64,000 bases of DNA from Vicugna vicugna. Taxonomy: Eukaryota. Position 1 is the stretch's first letter. The number at the start of each line of letters is the position of its first letter. The notes under the pieces were generated by a model, which searched no databases, was not told the DNA's origin, and saw only the letters and a list, made by a program, of their open reading frames with translations. A program made the translations under genes and the position numbers. Where the stretch lies: NCBI GenBank assembly GCA_013265495.1, contig MU058451.1, positions 1,588,167 to 1,652,166 on the forward strand. Direction: 5' to 3'. This document shows, in pieces, positions 1 through 11,401 of the stretch.

Positions 1-669
1 GGAACCGCAGAAGAAACAGAAGCCCCATCTTAGCCCTTAGGACCTCCTGCAGACCACCTACCCAGCCTCGGAGGTTTCCTCCCCCACAGTCCCTCCTGAC
101 TCCCTCACCCTCTGGAGGAATCCGCCTGTCCAGCCATTCCCTGAAACGCTTCCCTGGCAGGTGCTGGTTTCTCTGTTCGTCTCAAGAGACAAGTATGCTT
201 CTGAAGCCCCCAAACACCTCTTGAATAGCTATCCGACTACTAGATACAGCATCTCGTTGTTTGGTTCTAAATAACATCTGGAAAAAGGTCAAGCGAAAAG
301 GCGCACGCTCCGAAACTGGCCTGATTTTAGGTAGTTGCCTGATTCTGCCAAACGCCAAGGGTCGTTTGGGGGTAGGTGTCCCCAGACTGCAGCTGCCCAT
401 CACGAGCAAGAACTGGTTGACAGCAAGCAAGCAGAAAGAAGGGACGAAGCAGGCACCGGGTGGGCACCTTAATAACGCGGTCGCTCGAGCTCCCCGCATC
501 CTGAGCGGGGCCGGTCTTGGACCACACACACACCCGGAAGCAAGCAGCCCGGGCTTCCCAGCCCGGGGCTGCCCGCTAGGAAACCTCGACTCGAGGAGGG
601 CAAAGTTATGAAGAGCCGACCCCCCGCCTGGACTTCGGAGCCAGTCCCGACCACCGATGGCCCGGGTAC
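1..669 (-). other. TRPA1: 5' part of TRPA1 intron 1
   Basis: Follows the exon-1 GT donor; no further TRPA1-like peptide in 1-669. Confidence 0.85.
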
Positions 670-780
670 CTTAAAAGAGTCCTTGGAGTCGTCCATGTCG
701 TCCTCCACTCCCTGGTAGACGACGCCCTGGGGCTCCTTCTTCTCCCCCGGGCGCAGCATCTTCCTCAGGCTGCGCTTCAT
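670..780 (-). CDS. TRPA1: TRPA1 coding exon 1 (N-terminal 37 aa of the ankyrin-repeat TRP channel); the rest of the gene lies left of the window
   Basis: Translates to MKRSLRKMLRPGEKKEPQGVVYQGVEDDMDDSKDSFK, matching the human TRPA1 N-terminus as I recall it (MKRSLRKMWRPGEKKEPQGVVYEDVPDDTEDFKESLK). Similarity ends at a phase-0 donor AAG|GTACCC (GT at 669-668). Confidence 0.95.
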
Positions 781-864
781 TGACCACACCCCGGACGCCA
801 CCTGTGGCAGCTGCTCCCCGCGGGCGCGGGCACCTGGGGCGAGAGAGCGCGGGCAGCGGTGAGC
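781..864 (-). other. TRPA1: Candidate splice acceptor inside the TRPA1 5'UTR (exon boundary at 833)
   Basis: Minus strand reads GCTCAC (branch-like A at -27)...CTCTCTCGCCCCAG|GTGCCC. The 53 nt to the ATG are stop-free in the TRPA1 frame. Confidence 0.5.
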
Positions 865-3673
865 GGGCGCTGGGCGCGCGGGGCGCCGTGGGGTCGCGCG
901 TGTCGCCGGGGTCCGGGTCGGAGTCCGCGTTTACGCCCCAAAACTCCGGGCTCTTCCGCGCCCGGCTGTCCTCGTGATAAGAAAAGCTTGCTTGGCGTGA
1001 GCCCGGGAGGATTTCTGACGGGAGTTCTCCCCCAACAGGCTACTTGCAGCGCGGGAAACAGGAGGGGCACAGGGAGGGGTGGGGACGCGGACATCGTGTC
1101 CACGGACGGCCAGGGGGCGGTGGCGCCGCGTCTACAACCCGGCTCGCCCCTTTGGGCCGAAAGCGCGGCTTGGCAGTCCTGGCTGCACTTGCAGCAGCGC
1201 ACGCTCGAGTCCCCTAGGTCACCTGAGTTGTGCTGTCAGTTGAGGGGTCCGGTCAGGGTGGGTCCAGTGAATCTGGAATATTTTATAATAAAAATCCCAA
1301 GAGCCTCCACCCTGCCCCACAATCAGAGAGAAAGGGAACGGGTGGGTAGGATGGCGAGGGAAAGGGAGAGAATACCTGGGTACACTGGCAAGATTTTTAC
1401 TTAAAAAATGTATTTTTTCTAACTAATAGCCACCGTGCCTCAGTTTACCATGTCCGCATCATTGTAGAAGGCTCTTTGGTTTGGAAATAAGCTCTTTAGA
1501 AAAACTTCTCTTTCCAAAAGAAAAGGGAGAATGATTAAATCCTAGCACTTGGTTGAGTGATTAGATGAAATCCCTTTGAACCTCTGGTCTCATTTCCTGT
1601 GCATTACAATACTAATCCCCTCAGGGGGCTGGCATTTCAGAATGGCTAATAAAATGACTGTTAGGTCAAACAAAAGTCATAACCGCTGGTGTCCACTTGT
1701 TTACCCTTGGCTTTGTTTGAAGAGCTTATCCTCAGGGGCCTGCACTGAGTTTATTCATCAGCAACATAGGTGTAAGTTGTGGAGTGGACGATATACGTAT
1801 CTCTCCATGAGAGAGGCTAGTTCCACATTTACCAGACGATGGAGCCTCTGAAGCTGTTCCCACTATGATTCTCCCACAAGGTTAGAAAGCAAAAAAAAAC
1901 TTCCTTCCAAAGCTGATTACTCTTTGCACAGGCTAGAATTTAGCTTTGACAGCCTTTTGTTTGAACACTCTGTGTGCTGCTCTAAGACCCTGCATTGTCA
2001 TAGTCACCTGGTGGTCCCCAGCATCCGCCACAAGAGCTGCGTGGGTCCAGGACCCTGCAGAGAGCAGGCACTAAGTAGAGGTTTGTGGACTGCCTGCCCT
2101 ACACTGGGCTTCAGGACGTGTAAAGTAGCACAATGATATTGTGGAACTATGGGAAGTTTCCCTCTAAATCTTCCAATAGTTAACGGCAGGCTGCCATCGG
2201 TTCTACCCTTTGAATGGAATTCTTTGGAAGGATACTATTAAGGAAGTTATCACTGGTCATCAACCTGTGAATGTGGACTTTTGAGAGACTGGTGAAGGGA
2301 CGTAGTATTCAACTTCAACACCTGCACAGTTTTCCCATCAGCGTCTGTATTCAGGGAGTACAGAACAGGGATCAGTTTTACACCTTGTTGTTATTTGGCT
2401 GAAGTATGTAATGTATTTGGGAAAACCAATAAAGACAAAAATCAGAGGAAGGGAAAAGAGCATAACCTTGAGTCACTGCTGTCTGCTTGGCATTTTACAT
2501 ACATCAGGCCTTCATTTTAAAAAAGAAATGCCTCATAGGACTAGTAAGACTTTTCATTTATAGTTGTCAATTTCATCAATCAATTGCTTTTCTCCTCTTA
2601 GATGGAAGGGGTCACTAAGACAAAAAAAATAAAATAAAGAGGAGTCTGTTTCAGGGGTCATTTTGGAAGCTGGGCAGAGGGCATGTCATGGTGGTAAGCA
2701 TCAGTTGGCTGTGCTGGCCTTAGCGGGGAATGTGGGCCCAGGGATCTCCAGCATTAGTGGGGGTGCTGGCAGGAGGGTCACAGGAAGGCAACTCTCCTCC
2801 TTAGTATTAGTCACTGGCTTTGGCTGCCAGCCCAGCATCTCTCCAGAATGATACCCTCTGCATTCTTGCTTCTGTGCCCCATTTTCATCCCCCAAATCAT
2901 GTATTCTTTTTAATTTGTCCTCTCGTGTTTTAAGACTGAAAAATAGAGATGGCTGGTATTAGAGGTATCCCCCCACCACACACACACACTTTCTACTTAT
3001 GAAAGCAAAGAGATTGAAATATTATTTAATTTTTCCTTTTATCTTTGTCTGGACTTGTCCATGTCAGGCACTTTTCAGGCAGTAGCCTCCTGTGACCTCT
3101 CAGGAATTCCCATCAGTGTTCCTTATTAATAGTTAAATTATTTCCTACCCATCAAAAGCATCTTTTTCTCAGGACTTCCTTTTAAAAATGACTGCAACTC
3201 ACTTTAAAATGCATAGTGTAGACAGGAATAAGATGGTATCTAGTGATTTACAATCAATATCTCATTCCCTTTGAAGTTTAATTATCGATGGATGGTAATA
3301 AAATACAATATTTTTATACCAATTTTAATTTCAAAATAGGGATACTCATTAGAGAAAATAATCTTTAGTGGAAATTTCCAAAGGTAATTTTTATTATCAA
3401 ATTACCTTTTGATATTACACAGGACTTTAAAACAATGAAAAATAATTACAAAGAGGATTTTATTTAAATTCTCAAGGAAAATAAATATAGTTATATACAT
3501 ATATCAGCTCAGTAACTTTTTACAAAGAAATCTGGATTATCAAAACGTATCTTTAGTTATCTTCTTACATTTAAACATTGTTTCTGAGTATTTGTTCACA
3601 AATAATTACAAAACATTTTTTAAAAGCATCATGAATTCCCCTCCCACCACTGGCTTATGATAAATAAGTTCAG

Positions 3674-3829
3674 ACTGTATAGCACAGGGAACTATATTCA
3701 ATATCTTGTAGTAACTTACAGTGATAAAGAATATAAAAACAAATATATGTTTATGTATGACTGAAGTATTATGCTGTTCACCAGAAATTGACACAGCATT
3801 GTAAATTGACTATACTACAATTTAAAAAT
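3674..3829 (+). mobile_element. 5'-truncated L1 3' end (Cetartiodactyla type)
   Basis: ACTGTATAGCACAGGGAACTATATTCAATATCTTGTA...GACTATACT followed by an A-rich tail. Confidence 0.85.
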
Positions 3830-4374
3830 ACATATATACAAGAAAATAAAGTACATCTGAGAAGAATACATAATTAATTCCAAATATATTAGTAGTAGAA
3901 CCTATAACGGAAGGCAGAACTGGTTACTTTACCAAAAGTGTGTAACTCAATAATATGATGAAAAGGGATCCAATAGACCCACTAAGGAGCAGAAAAATTG
4001 TGTTGCATCTTTTAAAAATCATATCATAAAATTCACTCATGGTAAGGGTATGGTTTGATGATTTTTAGTACATTTATACAATTTTACAACTATCTCCACA
4101 ATCTAGTTTTGGAAAACTTCCATCAATTCAAAAACTTTACTTATGCCCAAATGCAGTCAATCCCTTCTTCTACCTTCAGCCCCAAGCAACCTTTAATTTG
4201 TTCTCTGTATAATTTTGTCTTTTCTAGAAATTTCAGATATTTGGAGTCATACAGTATACAGTCTTTTGTGTCTGATTTCTTGCTTAGCATAACACTTGAG
4301 AATAATCCATGTTGGAGTGTGAATCAGTAGTTCCTTCCTTTTTATTGTTCAGTAGTATTCTGTTATATGAATGC

Positions 4375-4720
4375 ACAGCATTCTATATCTGTGCACTCAG
4401 CATCCCCAGATTCAACCAACCCCAGATCAAAATAATTTTTAAAAAACAATTCCAGAAAGTTCCAAAAAGAAAAACTTGAATTTGCTGTGCACTGGCAACT
4501 CTTCACGTAACACTAACATCATATTTACAACTATGTACATAGCATTTACTTCATATTAGCTATTATAAATAATCTAGAGATGATTTAAAGTATGTTGGAG
4601 GATGTTTGTTGGTTATGTAAAAATACTGTCTCATTTTATGTAAGGGACTTGAGCATCTGTGGATTTTGATATCTGTGGGGATCCTGGAGCCAGTCTTCTG
4701 CAGATACCGAGGAATGACTA
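4375..4720 (-). mobile_element. MER2/MER2B-like TcMar-Tigger element inserted in the L1
   Basis: TAATCTAGAGATGATTTAAAGTA...AAGGGACTTGAGCATC...GATACCGAGGAATGACTATA; L1 sequence resumes on both sides. Confidence 0.8.
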
Positions 4721-7700
4721 TAGCTTATTTTCTTCATTCATTTACCAGTTGATGGACATTTGGATTATTTCTAATTTTTGTCTATCATAAATAATGCTAT
4801 AACTTTTTCATACACATCTTTTTGTGGACATATATTTTCATTTCTCTTGGTTAAATGCCTAGTAGTGAATTGCTGAGTCATATGCTACACATGTGTTTAG
4901 CTTTGTATGAAACTGCCAAACTGTTTTCCAAAGTGGCTGTGCCATATTACATGCCCACCAGCACCATAAGAGAATTCCAGTTTCTCCATTTTCTCACCAA
5001 AACTTGTATCAGCAGTCTTTTTGATTATAGGCATTCTAGTGGATTTATAGTGTTATCTCATCCTGGTTTTAATTAGCATTTCCCTAATGACTAATGATAT
5101 TGTCCAAGCTTTCCATTCCTTATTAGCCATTCATAAGTCTTTTTAATGAGATGTTTATTAAATTATTTACCTCTTTTTAAATTCAATTATTTGTCTTATT
5201 ATTGAGCTGTAAGAGCTCTTTATTCTGGATACAAGACTTATCAGATAAGTGACTTGCAAATATTGTCTTAGACTCTGTGGCTTCTCTTTTTTTCTTAATG
5301 GTGTATTGAAAAGCAATTTTTAAAAAAATTTTATAAAAATCTAATTTGTTCATTTTTAGGGATTGTGCTGTGTGTGTCGTATATAAAAATGTTTGCCTGC
5401 TAAGATTAAAAAGATTCTCTTCAATATTTTCTTCCAGAAGGTTTATGGTGTTAGCTTTTACAAAGATTTATTTTGAGTTAATTTTTGCATATAGTGTGAG
5501 GTAGGGTTCTAAGTTCATATGGTTATCCAGTTATTACCACTTGTTGAAAAAAACTATACTTTCTTCGTTGAATTGCCTTGGAACCACTGTCAAAACTCAA
5601 TTGACCAGAAATACATGGGTTTGTTTCTAGACTCCTTATTCTGTTTTACTGATAGATATATCTGAGTTTAAGCCAATACCATACCATCTTGATTTTGTAG
5701 CTTCATGATAAATTTTGAACTCAGATCATTTAAGTCCTCCAAATTTGTTCTTTTTTTTTCTAAATTGTTTTAGCTATTCTGAGTCTCTTGTTCTATAAAT
5801 TTTAGGATCAACTTGTCAATTTCCATGGAAAAGCATGCTAGGATTTTGATAGGAATTGCATTGAGTCTATAGATCAGTTTGGTGAGAAGTGCCATCTTAA
5901 TAGTAAGTCTTCTAATCCATAAATATGGTACTTTTTTTCCATTTATACAGATCTTTCTTGATTTCTGTCAGCAGTATTTTTTAGTTTTTAATGTACAGGT
6001 CGCACATCTTTCTTGTAAACTGTATTCCTAGGTATTTTATTACTTTTAAGATATTTTGAATGGAATTGTTTTCCTAATTTCACTTTCAGATTGTCTATTG
6101 CTAATATATAGAAATACAGTTGATTTTTTATATTGCTCTTGTTCCCACAAGAGCTAACCTTGCTAATCTTGCTTATTAACTTTAATAGTTTTTTTATAGG
6201 TTCCTTAGAAATGTATACATATAAGATCATGTCTTACGCTATGAAGACAGTTGCTTCTTTCTTTCCTAACTATATGTCTTCAGCTTTTCTTTTTCCATTT
6301 TAGTGCACTGGTTAGAAGCTCCAGGACACTGTTGAATAGAAATCCAGAGAATGGACATCCTTGTCTTGTTCCCAATCTTAGGGGGAAAGCATTCTTTTTC
6401 ACCATTAAGTATGATGTTAATAATAGTATTCTCTTGATTGTTTATCATCAGGTTGAGGAACATCTACTTTATACCTACTTTGTTGAGATCTTTTTATAAG
6501 TGAGTGTTCAATTTTGTCTGATACTTTCTCTACTAGTTGAGATGATTATGTACTTTTTCTCTTTATTCTATTATTTTATATTAATTGATTTTCTAATATT
6601 AAATCAACCTTTTATATATTGCTGGATTCAATTTACTAATAGTTTGTTAAAGAATTTAATGTTATGTTTATGAAGAATATGGGTCTATAGTTTTTTGTGT
6701 TTGTGTGATGTCTATGTATGGCTTTGGTATTGGTGTAATAGTGGCCTCACTGAAGGAATTGAGAAATGTGCCCTTCTCCCTTCTAAGTAGTTTGTATATT
6801 ATTGACATTATTTCTCTCATGTTTGATAAAATTCACCAACACAGCCTTTTGGGTCTTTCTGGGCATTTTTTGTTTTCTTTTTGGGAACGTATTTAATTGC
6901 TAATTCACTTTTCTTATCCTTTATAGATCTTTTTTTGATTTTATATTTTCACTTGAGTAAACTTCAGTGATTTGTGTCTTTCAAATGATTTGAGAAATTT
7001 GGCCATCTATGTTGTCTATTCATTACCATAAATTTGTTTATAAAATTCTCTTATAATCCTTTTAATTTTGGGGAAGGTATGTAATAATATCTCCCCTTCC
7101 TATTTTAGTCACTTGTGTCATCTGTCTTTTCTAGAAGAAGTTCATCAATTTTCTGGATCTTTTCAAGGAACCAACTTTTAATTTTATTGACAATCTCTAT
7201 TTTTTTTTTCTCTTTGGTTTTTCTTTCTAATCACTTTGGGTTTGGTCTGCTCTTCTTTCTCTACTTCCCTCATATGTAACCTGAAAGTTATTGATTTTAG
7301 GTCTTGTTTTCCTACTAATATAAGCATTTAAAGCTACAGAATACTTTCTAAACACTGTGTTAGCTGCATCCCATAGATTTTGTTTCATTGTGTTTACATT
7401 TGTGGTTTGTTCTTTAATTCACAAGTTATTTTTTGTAAGAAGTGTGTGTTTAACTTCTAATATTTGAGGTTTCCTCAAATTCCTTTCCTTTGTTGTTGAC
7501 AATCGGTTGTTGTCAGAGAACATACTTGGTATGATTTCAATCCATCTAAATTCAAGTGTAAACTTACTGAAACTTGTTTTATGGCTGGCATGTGGTCTCT
7601 CCTGGAAATTGTTTCAGGTACACTTGAAAAGAAAGTGTATACTACTGTTGTGTGGTAAAGTTCTGTATATTTTATTAGGTCCAGTTGGTTAATAGTGTTC

Positions 7701-8117
7701 AACTCTTCTATATTCTTAATGATTTTCTATCTAGCCTTCTATCAGTTGCTGAGAGAAGAGTATTAAAATCTCCAATGATAACTGCTAAGTTGTCGATTTA
7801 TTCTCTCAGTTTTGCTCAGGATTTACGTCATTTTGAGTGGATGTCTGTTCTTTGGTGTACACATATTTGTAATTATTGCTATTCTGTCATACTTTCCCTC
7901 TTATTATTATGAAATGTATGTCATTGTTTTAAGTAATATTTCTTGTGTTAAAATCTATTTTGTCTGAGATAGCTACTCCAGATCAATTATGTTTGTTGTT
8001 TACATGGTAGAACTTTTTCCATTCTTTTACTTTTAACCTATTTGTGTCTTTAAAGTATTTCTTATACACAACATAGAGTTAGATCTTGCTTTTTTATCCA
8101 ACTCGATAGTCTCTGCC

Positions 8118-8242
8118 TTTTTTGGGGGGGGTAATTAGATTTCTTTATTTACTTATTTATTTTAATGGAAGTACTGGAGATTGAATCCAAGATCTCGTGC
8201 TAGCTAAGCATACACTCTGCCACTGAGCTATATCCTCCCCAG
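8118..8242 (-). mobile_element. tRNA-derived SINE, camelid Vic-1-like
   Basis: Minus strand GGGAGGATATAGCTCAGTGG (A box)...GGATTCAATCTCC (B box)...CTAATTACCCCCCCC plus poly(A). TSD GTCTCTGCCTTTT at 8109-8121 and 8243-8255. Confidence 0.88.
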
Positions 8243-9099
8243 GTCTCTGCCTTTTAATTACAATGTTTAGTCATTGATATTTAATGTAATTGTTGCTATG
8301 GTACTGCCATTTTGATATTTATTTTCTACATCTCATATCTTTTTCTGCCATTCTATTTCTCAATCCCTGACTTCTTTTATGTTCAACAATTCTTTTAGCG
8401 AACCATTTTTAATTCATTGGTACATTTTTAATAAGTTATTTTCTTAATGTAGTGGTTATAATGTTCATCTTCGTTCAGTCTATTTCAAGTTAGTACTTAT
8501 TTAATTCCAGTAAACTATAACAGCTTTGCTGCAATACACCCCTACTTTCTCCCCCTCCTTTATACTATTATTGTCATATGTAATACATTTATGCATATAT
8601 ACTATGTCTATGTATGTTATACTCTTCAAAATATAGTGTTACAATACTTACCATATCCAGTACTCATCATTTCTTCTTGTAGATTTGAGTTATTGTCTGG
8701 TATCATTTCCTTTCAATCAAAAGGCCTTCCTTTAGAATTTCTTGTAAGACAATTCTGCTTGAAAAAAATATTAAAAATACTTTTGTTGGATGTAAAACTT
8801 TTATTCAACAGTTTTTTAAAGCCCTTTGAATGTTATTACACTGCCTTCTGACCTCTCTTTCTTATGATGGGAAGTCCTCAAAATATCTTATTGTTGTTCC
8901 TCACTTAAGATTTTTGTCGATATCAAAGATTAATGATTGTCTATATCTTCCCACTTACAATATAAGCTTAGCATGTTTACATTTCTGTATTCCTAAGTGT
9001 GCCTTTCATCTGTATTAATATATTCAGTATTTTAGTTTCAGATTTTTAAAAATTAAACTTTATAAAAATATTTAAACAATTATACATTGTATTGTTGCT

Positions 9100-10950
9100 G
9101 TCTGTCACAATCTTTATCATTCTTTTTCTTAGATTTATAGGAATTTTTCTGGATTCCATACATAAGTAATTCTTCTAGAGAAGAATTTGTTAAAGAGAAG
9201 TTGGTGGTAACACTTCTAGGTCCTTGCAGGCCCAAAAATGTCCTTATTTTGGTTTCCTATTAGATGATAGTTTAAATAGATACAAAATTCTTTCAAAGTC
9301 ATTATCCCTTAGAAATATGAAGACTTTATTATTCCCTTTCATCATCCATTTTTACAGGTAAAGTGTCTTACATCAATGTATATCTTATTCATTTCTTGGT
9401 AATTGATTTTATTTTCTCTCTGGAATCTTTTAGGATTTTTATCTTATTCTGGGTGTTATGAGATTTTACCATTATGCAACCCAAAGGGGATTTCTACTGT
9501 TTATCTTGTTCTGTACTCTGTGGTTACTTCTAGTGATTATCTTTGGCTCAGGGAAATTTTCTCCCATTTTATTTAGTATCATCATTTATTTCTACAAGGT
9601 TAGGCAGCTTTTCCTGGCAAACAATAGAAAGATGCAGCCAAAACTGGTTTAATCAATAGTGGAATTGATTGGCTCAAGAACCAAAAAGTCCTGTGACAAT
9701 GTAGCACTAGTGTAAGACAGGTTAATCTGGGACTTAGTGTTCTCTCTTTCCTTTGATCTCTTTTTTCATCAAGAAAGAGATGAAACTCTACTATTTTGAA
9801 GGCTCACCTACAGCAGCACATGGCTGAAATCTTCCAAGTTTACGACCATTGGTATGATCACTGCATTTTCTACCAACTCTATGAAATTTCATGATGTACC
9901 ATTAGCTCTAGTTGAACAATGAATTCAGTCTTTTAATCAGTCAGCATGGGCAGGAGAACTGTGATCTGATTATCCAGATGTGAGTTACATGCCCTCCACA
10001 GGAGGACAGCTTTGCCCAAATTGCACGGACTTGGGGGGAGGGAAGGATATTTTCCATCACCCTGAGAGAATTTGAAGTACTTTTGGCTAAAAAAAGAGAA
10101 ATTGATGTTGAGCGTCTATTTCCATCTGGATGTATAGATGTTTATATACCTTCTTTCCCTTTGATTTTTCTGGGTACATATGAAAATTTCTTAACCCATT
10201 TCCTTGCATCTTAAGCTTGCCATCATATTTATATATATTTTTACTTTTTTTCTTTAACACCATATTATGAGAAAAGTCTATGCTTGATCTTCCAGTTCAC
10301 TATTTTGTTCTTCAGTTATGCCCATCTATCAAGTATTTTAATTTCATTAAGAGATTTTTTTATTCCAAAATCTAAGGTTAAGTCTCTGGGAAATATAATA
10401 CACTCTCATATTTTAATTTTATTTCATTCTAAAGTCCTGATGTGCTTGTCCTGTTAACCTCATTTCCCCCTTTATAAGAGTGTTAGTTTCCTTTACATAC
10501 TGAATAATCCCTGTCTACTCATTTGTTTGTTTGATATCTCTGTTCACTTGCATCTTCTGTTCCCTCGAGTCAGTCCCTGGTGACTATACAAGAGGGGCCG
10601 GATGCTGCTGGGAGGGCTGTGCAGTGTGCCTCAGTTTCCCTCCTGGGTACAGTGGCTCTGGTCCTCCTGGAGCACTGCCTGCCTCAAGAGTCCAGTCCCT
10701 ACTCTCTGCTTTAGCCAATGGGCAAACACCATTGCTGCCTGCTACTTACTACCAATCAGAGAGAAGAGAGGTGCCAACCAGCCTCACTCCGACTGTGTCT
10801 CCCCAGTTCATAACCACTGTGAGGGATGCTTAAAGACCACCTCTGTATCCCTGTGGGCACTGGCTCCCCCATCATTCTTCCCATCACATTATTTTTTGCC
10901 CATGTTTACCTTATGTTTTCCTTTATTTACATCTCTATAGATCTGGTCTG
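9100..10950 (-). mobile_element. Ancient L1 ORF1/5' region (L1ME/HAL1-like), interrupted by a probable MLT1 fragment (~9595-10110)
   Basis: T-rich L1-antisense composition with L1 ORF1-like stretches; MLT1-like AACTGGTTTAATCAATAGTGGAATTGATTGGCTC. Family uncertain. Confidence 0.5.
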
Positions 10951-11368
10951 GTCCACCTCCCATCTTTCCAGAATTCTTTAATATTTTTAAACTGTTGGTC
11001 GCATTGGATTTTGTTTCCTACATTGGTTTGGATTTAACTCTATTAAAAACTATTTTCGTTATTTCATAGACTTTCAGATGGGAAGGTAGACATGTGCTCA
11101 GACAACTGTCTTAATCCAGTTGCTTTGTCTTATTTCCTATGAAATTAAAAAAAAATCTATCCTGTTTCTGCCAACTTGTATGGAAAGGAAGACTTTTTTC
11201 GTATAGCATATCTTGAAATAATTAAGCTACATTAGAAAAGGGTTGGGTCTGAGAGGAAGGGAGGAGAATAACCTTCATGAGATTCTGCTTCTTGCTAGGC
11301 TAAGTTGTTAGTTTAGTGGCAGCTGAGTCCCTGATGGAAATTTCTGCTTAAAACAGATAAATAGATAA

Positions 11369-11371
<3 letters not shown>

Positions 11372-11400
<29 letters not shown>
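11372..11400. repeat. (AC)14 microsatellite
   Basis: Direct reading. Confidence 0.95.

Positions 11401-11401
<1 letters not shown>

Larger units (their letters stand above)
460..1210. promoter_or_regulatory. TRPA1: CpG island / proximal TRPA1 promoter and 5'UTR
   Basis: Very GC-rich with dense CpG around the start codon, unlike the CpG-poor flanks. Confidence 0.85.
4010..9000 (-). mobile_element. Decayed old LINE-1 (L1MB/L1MA-like) with most of ORF2
   Basis: ORF-track remnants are collinear: endonuclease NTINQLDLI..YTFFSS..SRRDH (7475-7702), RT NIILNGEK (6266-6463) and MILY..KKLLKLI (5988-6230). L1 3'UTR lies near 4010-4370. Many stops and frameshifts. Confidence 0.9.

Noticed and set aside
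469..801. 110-aa ORF as a complete single-exon protein
   Set aside because: Only 780-670 matches TRPA1. The part after the donor is intron read-through, and the 801 start is a GTG.
1281..1287. Minus-strand TATAAAA upstream of the CpG island
   Set aside because: It lies about 500 nt from the ATG with no other support; CpG-island promoters are usually TATA-less.
182..1404. Several long overlapping ORFs around the CpG island
   Set aside because: Arg/Gly/Pro/Ala-rich products are expected from stop-poor GC-rich DNA; no family resemblance.
5988..7702. Reverse transcriptase / endonuclease-like ORFs as a novel RT system
   Set aside because: These are fragmented, frameshifted remnants of an ordinary old LINE-1 ORF2.
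8160..8242. tRNA gene
   Set aside because: The tRNA-like boxes belong to a SINE with an A-tail and TSD; no complete cloverleaf is evident.
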